Part shown: positions 52,440 to 64,000 of the stretch, piece after piece
How the letters are laid out: the number at the start of each line of letters is the position of its first letter
Numbering within the stretch: position 1 is the stretch's first letter
Origin: Camelus ferus
Taxonomy: Eukaryota
DNA: 64,000 bases
NCBI RefSeq assembly: GCF_009834535.1
Contig: NC_045697.1
Span: 65,970,001-66,034,000, forward strand
Direction: 5' to 3'
Position numbers and translations under genes: made by a program
The notes under the pieces: model-generated
Seen by the model: the letters and a program-made list of their open reading frames with translations, nothing else
Databases searched by the model: none
Told to the model about the DNA's origin: nothing

Positions 52440-53040
52440 TTCTTATAAAAACACGTGCATGTGATTTTTTAAATTAATTCAAATAGACTCAAGGCAGTAA
52501 AATAAAAATAAATACCTCCCTCTACACCAACCCCAAGTCCTACTCCCTGGAGGTAAAATTAATAAATTCCTTGGATCTCATTATAGAAATCTGGTGGCCA
52601 TATATAAGAAAACAAATATGCACATATTTATTTTGTGCATTTGAAAAACATAACATACCTATTGCATTATCTTTTCTCCCTTAGAAATGTATGCTGGAAA
52701 ATCTTCCGTGTTGGCACATAAAAGTAACTTCATTCTTTGTAATAGTTAAATGTTATTTCATGCACAACTGTACTATTATTTACTTAGCAATTTCCTATTA
52801 ATACAGATTTAAGTTCCTTCCAGGTCTTACACTGCAATATACTGAAATGAGCACGCATGTACACATATTTTTGTATATTCAAGTGGGATGAATTCTTAGC
52901 AATAAAACTGATGGATCAAAGGCATATGTATTTTATTTGTTGAGAGATACTAGCAAATTACCTTATACATAAGTTTACACTAACTGATATTCCCATGAAC
53001 AGCATACAGGAATAATTATTTATCCCAAAGCCTTATCTTG
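52440..53040 (-). mobile_element. L1ME 3' end
   Basis: tcctactccctggaggtaa..ttcattctttgtaatag..ttccagg..gatgaattcttagcaataaaactgatggatcaaagg. Confidence 0.65.
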
Positions 53041-54338
53041 CAGCATTAATCTATGACTGTAAAGCATATATCACTGTAAATAAATACCATTTAATCCACA
53101 GTTAGCCATCACATCAGAGGATTTTGAACATGTGTTCCTCTATGTTATACTTATTGGAAGTGTTTACCTTAGTTGTATAGTTGTTGAGTTTCTGGTTTGG
53201 GGATTAGCTATGGAATCCAATAGCACTGGATTTTGACACCCTATTGTAATGGAGGGAATAATTTTGTAACCTAATTTCTAAAATTTTAGATGTGTTAAAA
53301 CTAACTTGTCTGATATGCCCAAATGTTATCATTAAAGAAATATTTTTCAAAAATAAAAAGGTAGTCATTCATTTTTGAATATTCTTTGATTTCCACTTAT
53401 ACTCTTTTTTCAAAATACAATTTAAAAAAATTTTAGCACTCTTCATGCCCCCCAAAATGATTTTGAAATGAATATCAGATATTACACTAACATTTTCCCA
53501 AAATACATAGTTTTAAAATCCTAGTAATGAAAAATTAACTTCCTAATTATTAGCAGTATAAAAATAAACAATTTCTTACCTGAAATTCTTAAAATTCTCC
53601 AATAGCTCTCTTAAAAGCTCTACAAAGTAGAAGCTGTGAAACATATGGTACATCCAAGAAAGAAGTCTTTAAATTTTGGACACAAGCACAAAGTGGTGGC
53701 TCTTTTAGAAGAGGAGTTTCTCCACTGCAAACCAGCTTGTAGGCACAGCCTAGTTAACAGCCTTCAGAAAAGCTGTGCTGTGATATATTAATTTACACCT
53801 ACTGTGCTTTAAATGAGAAGCCAAAGGCCATGCACTGGGCACAAAACTTATTACCTCAACATAAAGCAGATATTACATTTACTAGTAAAAATATTTAACG
53901 TATGATGTCTAGGAATTTGTAAGGTAACAAAAACGTAAAGAGCCTGAAAACTTATGTTATAATTAGTTAATCCATGATGCCAGAATATCCGTAATAAATA
54001 CTGAAAGAAATGATCAGTCAGACCTTAAAATTTAATCAAATATTGGGACAATAGGTAATTACTAAAATTAAAGGCCATAAGTCAATGTTTTCACACCAAA
54101 TTCATGAAGTGTAGTTGATGTCAACAAATCAGACTATACAGTATAATGCTTATCCTTATTCCATAAAGCAGTATTCTTGATTCTGCACTACTTTTTGAAA
54201 TGGTAGAATTCTATACCTCAGGAGCAAATTAGTAAATAATTATTTCTTATCAGAAATGTCCCATTCTAATTGTGATAGCTGGGCTACTTTTACATGAGAA
54301 AGCACACTTATAAGAATAAGGCTGTATTACATAGACAC

Positions 54339-54690
54339 TGTTGATGCCACCCCATTCTGCAGACTATTTCACCTACAGCAGCACATGAAGGCGGTTTCTG
54401 GAACACTGACAGTTCTAGAAAGTAAATACCCTGGAAAGGAGACACCCTCAATCAACGGGTGGGGGAATCAGCTGACAAATGTTCCAGAATCCCAGCTTAC
54501 TGCTGGATGATTTTGAGATGAGTTTCTCAGTGAGTCCTCAATGGGATGTGCCCACAGTAGTTACCCACACATTAATGCATCCATTATTGTCTTTTCTCTC
54601 TTGCCTTTGCTTCCTAACATGACTTCCCAAATAAATTAACTGCATCCAAGTCCTTGCCTCAAAGTATGATTTGGGGCAACCCAAATTAAG
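54339..54690 (+). mobile_element. ERVL solo LTR (LTR16-like)
   Basis: ccctcaatcaacgg..acaaatgttccag..ttcccaaataaattaactgcatccaagtccttgcctcaaagtatgatttggggcaacccaaattaag terminus. Confidence 0.65.
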
Positions 54691-55100
54691 AAAGCAGCTT
54701 AAATACGATAGAAATGCACTGCTCTTTCTTGAGCCAGTTCAGAGGTATGTAGTTGAGGGCTGATAGGATAGCCCTGCCATCCTCAACATGTCCTTTCTTT
54801 ATGCAGTTACAGGATGGTCCAAGGTGGCTGTTCCACCTCTCCCCATCTCCCAGCCTGTGGAAAAGGGGAAAAAGCAAAGAGTGCACAATACCACTTCTTT
54901 TAAGGGCACATCCTCAAAGTGGTACACAACACCTCAGCTCATGGATCTTTGGCCAGGACTTAAGTCATATGGCTACAAGACTGCAAAGGTGGCTGGGAAA
55001 TGTCATCTCTATTGGGCAATCATGTACAAAGGTAAAACTTAAGAGTTCTGTTATTTAAGAAAGGGGGAAAGGATATTTCTGGTAAACAAATACCTGCACC
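54690..55100 (-). mobile_element. MaLR LTR (MLT1J-like)
   Basis: tggccaggacttaagtcatatggctac..ctgcaaaggtggctgggaaatgt. Confidence 0.65.
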
Positions 55101-55104
55101 TCTA

Positions 55105-56880
55105 CAATGTCTTCTATTTTCTTAAACCAATTATATTTATTGTGATTATTGGTAGGGTTGGGTTTAAATCTGCAATCTTGATATCTGTTTTGTGTTTGTC
55201 CCATCTGTTCTTGGCTCTCTTTTCCTCTTCTTTGGATTTGCTTTGGATTAATTCTTTTCTATGATTCCATTTATTTCTCTTTTTCAGCTTATTAATTATG
55301 TCTCTGTCTTATTTTAATGGTAGCTTAAGGGCTTATAGTATTCATCTTTAACTTATCACTCTCTACCTTCAAGTAATATCATTCCACTTCACCAATAGCA
55401 TTACAACCTTACAGTAATATACTTCCATTTCTCCCTTTCCAGCCTATGTGCTATTTGTCATACATTTTAGTTTTATATGTGAATGATTTTCACAATACAT
55501 TATTATTAATTTTGTTTAGTCAATTATCTTCTTAAAAATTTAAGTAATAAGAAAAAACTTACATATTTACCTATGCAATTGGCCTTTCCAGTGCCCTTTA
55601 TTCCTTTGTATAGATCTACATTTCTATCAGGTGTCATTTCCCATCTTCATGAAGGACTTCCTTTAGCATTTCTTGTACCACAAGTCTACTGATAATGAAT
55701 TCTTTCAGCTTTTAAATCTCTGAAAAAGTATCTCACTTTCATTTTTGAAAGATATTTTTGCTGGGTATAGAATTCTAGTTTTTTTCTTCCAGTACCTTAA
55801 AGGTGCTGCTTTACTATATTACTTGAATTATTTTTTGACAAGAAATCCACTGTTGTTCTTATTCTTAGTCCTTTGTACATAACTGTCTTTTTTTTCTGGC
55901 TGCTTTCAAGATATTCTCTTGAAAATTTGATATTTCATCAAAATCACTGGTTTTCAGCAACTTAATTATTACATGCTGTGATATCACCTTTATTCATGTT
56001 TCTTGTGATTAGAGATTGTTGAGCTTCTTGGACCTATGGCTTATGGTTTTCATCAAATATGGAAAATTTCAGACACTATTTCTTCAAATAAATTTTTTAA
56101 ACTTCTTCCCTCCTTTGGGGACTTAAATTACATGTATATTCTTCTTGAAGCTATTCCATAACTAACCAATACTACTCTATTCCCTTTTCTTTTTTTTAAG
56201 TTTTTCTTCATTCTTCATTTTGGATAGTTTCTATTTATATGTCTTCAAGTTCACTAATGTTTTCTTCTGCAATATTTAGTTTGCCATTATTTCCTCCAGT
56301 ATATTTTTCATGTCAGACATTGTAATTTTCATCTCTAGAAATTCACTTGATTTTTTAAAAATCTTTCATGTTTCAACAAATTCAGTCTTTCCTTTAGCTT
56401 ATGGCATATACTGTATGTAATAACTATTTTCATGTCCTCATCTGCTAATGATGACATCTGTGTCATTTTGGGTCAGTTTTGATTGATTGATTTTTCTCCT
56501 CATTATGCATTATATTTTCCTGCTTCTTTGCCTGCCTGGTAATTTTTTATTGATTCCAGAAATTGTAAATGTTATCTTGCCGGCTGCTAGATATTTTTGT
56601 ATTCTTATAAACATTCTGGAGTTTTGTTTAATTCTTTTTGGCATTGCTTCTAAGATTTGTTAAGTAAAACCAAAGTTGTGTTTAATCTAGGACTAAACTA
56701 CCTACTCAATACCCTGTGTATTGTAAGGTTTTCTATTCTGGCTGATAGGAACAGGCTCTATTCCTGACCCTATGTAAAATTTGGTACTGTTCCCTTTTAT
56801 CTTTTTGGCTGGTTCTTTTCCTGGCTTCATGCGCAGATCAATATTCAGCTGAGTTCTCCAGGACAACCCTCTGGAGAACT
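55105..56880 (-). mobile_element. Old L1M 5' region/ORF1 remnant
   Basis: tttttgaaagatatttttgctgggtatagaattctag, ctggctgctttcaagat, ggaaaatttcagacactatttcttcaaata, tcttcaagttcactaat are typical reverse ORF1 motifs. Confidence 0.8.
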
Positions 56881-57634
56881 GTTACAACCTATGTAAAGGC
56901 TAAGCCACTCAGAGTGGCAGAGAGTGAATATAAAAATGGTCTACCTCTAAAACAGAAGACTTTCACCCAGTAGAGGGGGAGAGCAGGTTGATGTGGGTGA
57001 CTGAAATGTAAAGAGTTTCCCTTATTCATGCTCCCATCAACTGTGTCTGGAGGTCATACCAAGCACAGGTATGAATACCAGGAAGCCTTGCAAGAGAAGA
57101 TAAATGACAAATGGGAGTCACTGCCCCTCAAAAAAGTGCCACAGTATCTCTCTCCAAGCTCTGAGGACAGATTCTTAGACTATGATGGACATTTTGCAAG
57201 AGTCTACAAAAATCAAACTAGGGAATGGAGGATGGATAATGGACCTTTTCACCACCTTAACTGAAGCCCAGAAACTATTAGTATAAATAGCATTTTTCAA
57301 CCTCCACCCTCAAAATCTATTTGTATCCATTAAGTGTAGGAGGTTTTTTTCATTTTTGTTTTTCAGTTGAGAAAAGAAATGGAGAGTTTGGGATTATTGA
57401 ACCCAAAGGACAGATGAGAGAACAGACAAGAAGGGATGAGTGTATCAGCCACTAAGACCCAAGAGCTAGTTTTTTTTGCCCTTCTGAGGTTTTGGAGAAA
57501 AGTTAAGAGAATTTACTATGAAAGATTTAGGACACAATCAAAGCTACTTTAGGGCTAAAAAGTAAAACAGTCTGTCTACCTCTTTATTAAGATAATGTTT
57601 TGTCCCAGTAAAAGGGAATTTTGTTTTTAATGAC

Positions 57635-58730
57635 AACGTAGGCATTTGGGGGAACAGGCTCTCTCATGCAGTGCTGGGAAGATAGTAAATGAATTTATCC
57701 TTTTGGAAAGACAGTTTAGCAGAATGTTACAAAAATTTTAAGGTACATACCATTTGACCCAACAATTCCTCTTCTGAGAATCTACCTGAAGACACTATCA
57801 TATATGTACACAAAAATATACACACAATTACTTTCATCATGTTAATACCTTTAACGGCAAAAAAATGAGAAAGCCACTGTTATAGGTTGAATTGTGTCCC
57901 TTTAACTCCCAATTCCTTGGAATGTGACCTTATTTGGAAATAGGCTCATTGGTTAAGATGAGGTCATACTCAAGTAGGATGGGCCCCAATGCAACATGAC
58001 TGGTGTCCTTATAAGAGAGAACACTTTGTAAATACAGGCACACACAGAGGGAAGATGATGTGAAGACACACAGGGAAAAGATGGCCATGTGACTGGAGTG
58101 ATGCATCTACTAGCCAAGACCACCAAGGATGGCCCAAAGACACCAGAAGCTAGAAGAGGAAAGGGATGATTCTCTCCTAGAACCGTCAGAGAGAGCATGG
58201 CCCAGTGGACACCTTGATTTCAGACTTCTGGCCTCCAAACTATGAGACAATAAACTTCTTTGTGTTAAGCCACTTAATTTGTGTTACTTTGTTATAGCAG
58301 CCCTAGGAAACTAATACAGCCACTTAATGTATAGGGGAACAAGTAAATAAACATTGGTACAATCACATCATAAAATAACACTTAGAAGTAGATGATATGT
58401 GCACATAGAATGAATTATTTTCAAAAAAGCAAGTCATATATTAATGCATATCAGAGAACTAAATATATCTATTATTATATATATAGATATAACTAATATA
58501 TCTATTTATATACATGTATATACCTCTTAATATTTTATGTATTTATTATATATACACACGCACACATGTGTGCACATACACATCACTGTAGGAGGATTGG
58601 AAGGACATAAACCGAATTCTTAACCATGTTTTGTGCTATGTTCTTCTATATTACTTTAATTTTTAGTAACATTAATGTAGTTATATATATTTCATATAAT
58701 TTTTAAAAGATTTTTAAAAAAGAAAGTTTA
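57635..58730 (+). mobile_element. L1ME 3' remnant interrupted by MLT1
   Basis: ccttttggaaagacagtttagc..cataccatttgacccaacaattcctcttctgagaatctacc. Confidence 0.7.
57878..58318 (+). mobile_element. MaLR solo LTR (MLT1C-like), complete
   Basis: TG..CA termini (tgttataggttgaattgtgtccc..gcagccctaggaaactaataca), AATAAA, perfect 5-bp TSD gccac. Confidence 0.92.
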
Positions 58731-58799
58731 AGCACTGTCTTGAAAATTATTCTTCAATAATTTTACATTTTGACTGGACATTTTGTAAGACTAAAGCAA

Positions 58800-60150
58800 A
58801 AAGGAACTATACATAACCACTGTACCTAGTCAGCTAAGTCATTTCTCACAGGCATACAAGCTAATAATTCTGAACTTGCTATACATGTATAGGGGGACTG
58901 AACAAATAGGTAAATGTATAGCTGATGGTGGGAGCAGACTTCTCGCTGTTGGAAAAAAGGAATATAGAGAGGAGGCGGAAGGCAAGAATGAAACATGTGA
59001 TACTAGATTAGATTTGAAGTCATCAGTCTGATCTCATTTTAAGTTAATACAGATATAGAGGGATAGATAAAGCAATAACTATACATATGCACACATACAC
59101 AGGTAAGTATACATACATATATTTTCTAGCTCTGTCTGCTGAGAGGCCCTAGAAACAATGACATCACAGTAGCAGTGAACAACTCTAGAACCCAGAACTT
59201 GGTTTTCTTATTACTATTCTCCAATAAAAGGAACCATGGATCATTGACAAAATGACCAATTCTAGAACAAGGGGAGGAAAAATGTGAGATGATACTGGAG
59301 CATCTTGTAGTGCCAAATAGTAAGAAAATACTCAAAAAAGGTGGGGGAGGGCAGGGAACACAGAAGCCAATATGACACCGGAGAACAATTTAAGTAACCA
59401 AACAAATAACATAGTATTGAATTATAACTCAAAGTATAAAATAAATATCTGAGCCTATACTTACATAAAAATGATTACAAAAATGAATTAAGTAGAAGAG
59501 AAGAGACAAATCTCCCATATAAAAGAATTCCAAACAGTTTACATGGGTACTCACCCCTTCAAGAAGGTGAAGCCTAACTCCCACCACCCCTTGATTGTAG
59601 GCTGCACTTAGTGACTTGTTTACAAAGAGCAGAGGATGGAAATCTCTTTTTTTTTAAACAAACAAAAGAATAACTTTACAGTGCAGAAACCTGACAGATA
59701 TTATCTTGGCCAGATGATCAAGGTTAACGTCATCAGTTATAAGTCAAGTTGATAGCAAATATACTTAACGTGATGTGATGCCTCCCTGATCATCCTCCCA
59801 AACACCCAAAATCTGGGGCAATGCCAAACTGAGGGACATTCTACAAAATATCTAACTAGCACTCTTCAAAAAAAGAGGAAAGTCTGAGAAAATATCACAG
59901 AAAAAAAGATGCTAAGGAGACATGATGACTAAGTGTAATGTGTATCCTGGATAGGATCCTGGAACAGAAAAAAGGACATTAGGGAAAACTTAGTGATATC
60001 TGAATAATCTGTGGAGGTTGTTTATCAGTAATGTGTCAATACTGGTTCATCAGTGGTGACCAATGTACCATACTAATGTAAGATGTTAACAATAAGGGAA
60101 ACTGGGTGAGGGCTATATAGGAACTTTGTACTATGTTCACAGTGTTTTTC
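58800..60150 (+). mobile_element. L1MD-like 3' UTR
   Basis: gactgaacaaataggtaaat..ctagctctgtctgctgagaggccctagaaacaatgaca..gtatcctggataggatcctggaacagaaaa; probable remainder at ~61460-61510. Confidence 0.8.
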
Positions 60151-61455
60151 TTTTTAAATTTAAATTTTATTCATTTTGAATACATTCAAATGGTTCCATT
60201 TTTTTCACATTTAACGTAAAATTTACTATCATATCCATTTCCAAGTATGAAGTTCCATAGTGTTAGGTACATTCTCACTGTTGTTCAGCCAACGTCAACT
60301 TTTTCATTTCGCAAAACTAAAACCCTATACCCATTAAACAACTCCTTATTTCTCCTTCCCCCAGCCCCTGGCAACCACCATTCTACTTTCTATCTCTATG
60401 GATTTGACTTCTCTGAATACCTCATGTAAAAGGAATCATACAATATTTGTCTTTTTGTGACTAGCTTATTAGCATAAGGTTCATCCATTCTGTAGTAGGT
60501 GTCTGTGCCCTAGTCAGCTTGGGCTGCTGTAACAAGATACCATAGATTGTGGCTTAAACCACAGATATTTATTTCTCACAGTTCTGGAGGCTGGGAAGTC
60601 TGAGATCAGAGTGCCAGCATGGTCAGGTTCTCTTCCTAGCTTGCAGACTTCTTGCTATTTCCTCATATGGTGGAGCGAGAGAGCTCAAGTCTCTTCTTCT
60701 TATTATTAGGACACGAATTCCATCATGGGAGCTCCACCCTCATGACCTTATCTAAACCTAATTTCCTCCCAAAGGCCTTGCCTCCTAATACCATCACATT
60801 GGGGATTAGGATTTCAACATATGATTTGTAGGGGACACAAACATTCAGTCCAAAACAGTCAAAGTTTCCCTTCTTGTTAAGGTTGAAGTGTGTGTGTGTG
60901 TGTGTGTGTGTATCCATCCATTAACATTTGGGTTGCTTCCACCTGTTGGCTGTGATGAATAGTGATGCTATGAACACAGGTGTATAAATATCTCTTTGAG
61001 ACCCTGCTTTCAATTCTTTTGAATATATACCCAGAAATGGAATTGTTGGATCATATGGTAATTCTATTTCTAATTTAGGTCTCAGGGTTAGATCGTTAAT
61101 CCTTTTGAGTTAATTTTTGTATGTGGTGTTAGATAAGGTTCAACTTAATTTTTTTGCTTGTGGATATCCAGTTTTCCTAACATTATTTGTTAAAGAGGGA
61201 GACTACCCTTTCCCCGTTGAATCATGTTGGCACCCTTGTTGAAAATCATTTGATCTCATTTGCTAGTTTGTTTTTGGACTGTCTAATCTGTTTACTTGGT
61301 CTACATGTCTGTATTTATGTCAGTACCACACTGTTTTGACTATTTTAGCTTCATAATAAGTTTTGAAATCAGGAATTGTTAAGACCTCCAACTTTATTCT
61401 TCTTTTTCAAGAAGTTTTTGGCTATTCAGAGTTTCTTGAGATGCTAGACAAATTT
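60150..61455 (-). mobile_element. L1MB-like 3' end nested in L1MD, itself interrupted by MLT1A
   Basis: cccagcccctggcaaccaccattctactttc, tatacccagaaatggaattgttggatcatatggtaattc, and ORF2 piece 61075-61455. Confidence 0.82.
60504..60857 (-). mobile_element. MaLR solo LTR (MLT1A0-like)
   Basis: gggctgctgtaacaagataccataga..ttctcacagttctggaggctgggaagtc..gggacacaaacattcagtcc. Confidence 0.9.
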
Positions 61456-62029
61456 TAGCACATTTTAATATAAATCTAAAATTATTCTAAAATTTAAAAT
61501 TCATCAAAAATGTCATGGATATTTTTATCTGTCGACAAATATAGATATTCCTACATATTTTAATGACTACAAAATACAATATTGTATGTATGTGCTACAA
61601 TTTATTTACACAATTTCTTTGATGGACATTTGAAGTTTTGCCAATGTTAGGCTTTCCAAACTACTTCAGTGAACACCCATGTGCACATATCTTTTCTAAC
61701 AAGGGCAATTATCTTTTCAGAAGTCAGCACTTGGAGCAGAATTGCTAAATTGAAGGACATGCTCATTTTAAATGTTGACTTATACCAAACTGCACTATAA
61801 ATTAGTACTAGCATCAAATTTTCAACAGTGTATAAGAGAGTTTGCTCTTCTCTCCTTAGAGTTTTGTTTGTCCTTTTCATCCTTGCTAATTTGATGGGCT
61901 AAAATTGATGCCTCCTAATTGCTTTAACTGCATTCATTTGTAATCACTTAAACCTTAAAACTGAGTGTTACATTCTCAGATTATCATGTAAATTTCAAAA
62001 CTTTAACTTTTCCCATTGTCTTTAATAGA

Positions 62030-62520
62030 AACGTTTCTCAGTGACAAGTCATAGAAATTGACTATGACTAACTTTAGCAGAAGATAATGTTCTGGAAGCA
62101 AATCAGCAGAGTCAAAGAACTGACTGAGGCTAAGGAATCAACTTTTTAAAATAAGAGATGGGGCTCCTGAGAGTAAGGCAAAAGAACTACAGCAACAGTC
62201 CCTAATCAAGAAGGATTTGATCAGCAGATTACCACGATGCAATGAATAACTTTCATCTATCTTTGTGTCCTTTATTCACTCTTCCAAAGTCCTGAGAGAG
62301 AGAAGTATCTAATTGGCTAGGTCTAAATCACATGCCTGCTCCCTGGCTGCCCCAGACAGAAAGAAAACTGACCCCTTCAGTTTCCACAGTGAGAAGTGAG
62401 TTCTGTCTCTCATCAAGTACACAAACAATGGGCATTCTCCAGTAGAAAGATGAGACTGCTATTAAAAACAGACTGCGATGCTGAAACGCCCCCAAATTGG
62501 CAAATGTCCACTATACAGGA
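62030..62520 (-). mobile_element. Old MaLR LTR (MLT1K/L-like)
   Basis: tctaattggctaggtctaaatcacatgcc; start ttctcagtgacaagtcatagaaa. Confidence 0.5.
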
Positions 62521-62606
62521 GCAAAAAAAACAAACAAACAAAAAAAAAACAAACCCATGCTTATCACCTAGTGAACTTTTTCTGTGTCTATAATTAAAGC
62601 CTACTT

Positions 62607-62641
62607 ATCACTTCTCGGCCTTTTGGCTAAGATCAAGTGTA
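62607..62641 (+). pseudogene. RNU2: 3'-truncated (tailless) U2 snRNA retropseudogene, U2 nt 1-35
   Basis: atcacttctcggccttttggctaagatcaagtgta vs U2 5' ATCGCTTCTCGGCCTTTTGGCTAAGATCAAGTGTA (34/35); TSD tataattaaagcctactt 62589-62606 / tataattaaggactactt 62640-62657. Confidence 0.95.
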
Positions 62642-63498
62642 TAATTAAGGACTACTTAAAGAATACTAGGTGAATGTTCCTTCAGATTGATGTTATAGGT
62701 ACCCTTAATCTGTATAGGTCTTTTTTTTTTAACTAAATATTATGGATATTTTATATCTTCAGCAAAAGCTAGTATGCCAATAGATATTTGAGTTTATATT
62801 TTGACAATATTAATTTCTATTAGGTTCTGAAATTTAAAGTCCTGTAGTGAATCCAAGAACCTCAAAAAGATTACAACAATCTGTTTTAATAATGCTCCTG
62901 AGGGAAGAAACTTTTCTACTTAAATGAATTCTACAAGCATATGTTTGAGACTCAGATAACAAAACAAAACAAATCTTCATGACAATACAAAGTTACCTGA
63001 TCAAAACAGACAAATCTATAAATCTGTATGTATAAAAAATAATGTGACAATTTTGTATTTATGTATTGTATAGATATTTTTAACCTGAGATACTATAAGA
63101 CACTTAAGCAGTTTGCTAGAATTATTTACTTTTCAGCCAATGATTTAAACTTCATGAACATAGTTTCAAAGATGATAAAGAAAATGTCTAAAACTCCATT
63201 CTACTCCTTATTCTAAAGTAATCACCCTGATCCTTATCAAAGCTTCATTAGCCAAAATGGAAATTACATCTGAGGTAAACATTTTAAATTATCAGGAAAA
63301 AAAGTCGTAGGATATTACATAATGAAGATGTCTTAGAGCTAATTAAAATAATGTCAAATATTACAAAAATTATTTTTAAAATCTCTGAGTTTTTGGCAAA
63401 TAGAGGGATGAGAATTCCCATTATTTTCAGGCCAGAAGGTAAAAAGTAGACAATTGCTCTCCCACTTGTAGCCATTTTTCTGAGATTGTAAAGTGTAA

Positions 63499-63603
63499 CC
63501 ACCTTACACATTACATTTGGCTCCAGACGACTTTTGGTTATGGCTATTCCCAGAAACAAAATCCACACTCAAAGAACAAAAATTCATGACTAAGAACGAT
63601 ATT
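63499..63603 (+). mobile_element. Mariner transposase relic (MARNA-like)
   Basis: In-frame PPYTLHLAPDDFWLWLFPETKSTLKEQKFMTKNDI resembles the mariner PPYSPDLAPSDFxLFxxLK motif. Confidence 0.75.
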
Positions 63604-63764
63604 GGGTCTATAATTCAGCTTGCTACTGAAGTCTTACCTCCACATAAGACTGTAATGGTGATGCTCATGGAAATATTCTGGTCCACATGGATTCTATTCT
63701 TTCTTTCTATGGCAAACTTTCTCTTAGTATAAACATCAGTCTTGGATAATACTAGTACATCCTT

Positions 63765-64000
63765 GAGAGATTCTATCCCTCAGAATAGATTAAGTTATTC
63801 TAAGATAAATGACCCCTAAAAAACTCAGTGATTACAACACAGGCTTCTACAGATCTGGTCTATGCAATCTCCACTCTGGATTCCCAGCCTAACGGAATAG
63901 TTCCTATCAGGAATGTCATAGGTTATCACTGTAGCACCAGAGAAAGAGAACACGAAAAACCTCTACCCAGAAGTGATAACAGCAAGGCAAGTCAACTCAC
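63765..64000 (-). mobile_element. MaLR LTR fragment (MLT1-like), runs off window
   Basis: taaatgacccctaaaaaactcagtgattacaacac..cccagaagtgata..aaggcaagtca. Confidence 0.5.

Noticed and set aside
62607..62641. Functional U2 snRNA gene
   Set aside because: Only 35 nt of a roughly 190-nt RNA, with no Sm site, and it is flanked by a TSD.

Overview
This is AT-rich mammalian genomic DNA, not prokaryotic. It is most likely camelid (alpaca, llama or camel), because three copies of a tRNA-derived SINE of the camelid Vic type and young cetartiodactyl L1 3' ends are present. The window is dominated by transposable elements: a TSD-bounded, near-full-length old L1 with an internal ORF2 deletion and two nested insertions (7.7-13.2 kb), a young 5'-truncated L1 with a largely open ORF2 C-terminus (26.9-28.4 kb), many L1M fragments, L2, MIRs, MaLR/ERVL solo LTRs, hAT MITEs, a Tigger and a mariner transposase relic. 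There is also a tailless 35-nt U2 snRNA retropseudogene with an 18-bp TSD. I could not recognise any host protein-coding gene. ORFs in the track are either L1 or mariner remnants or look like chance ORFs. L1 orientation bias and a few splice-site-bounded segments hint that the window lies in a large intron of a minus-strand gene, which is inference only. I found no convincing novel biological system. Repeat subfamily names come from remembered consensus features, and boundaries of old repeats are approximate.
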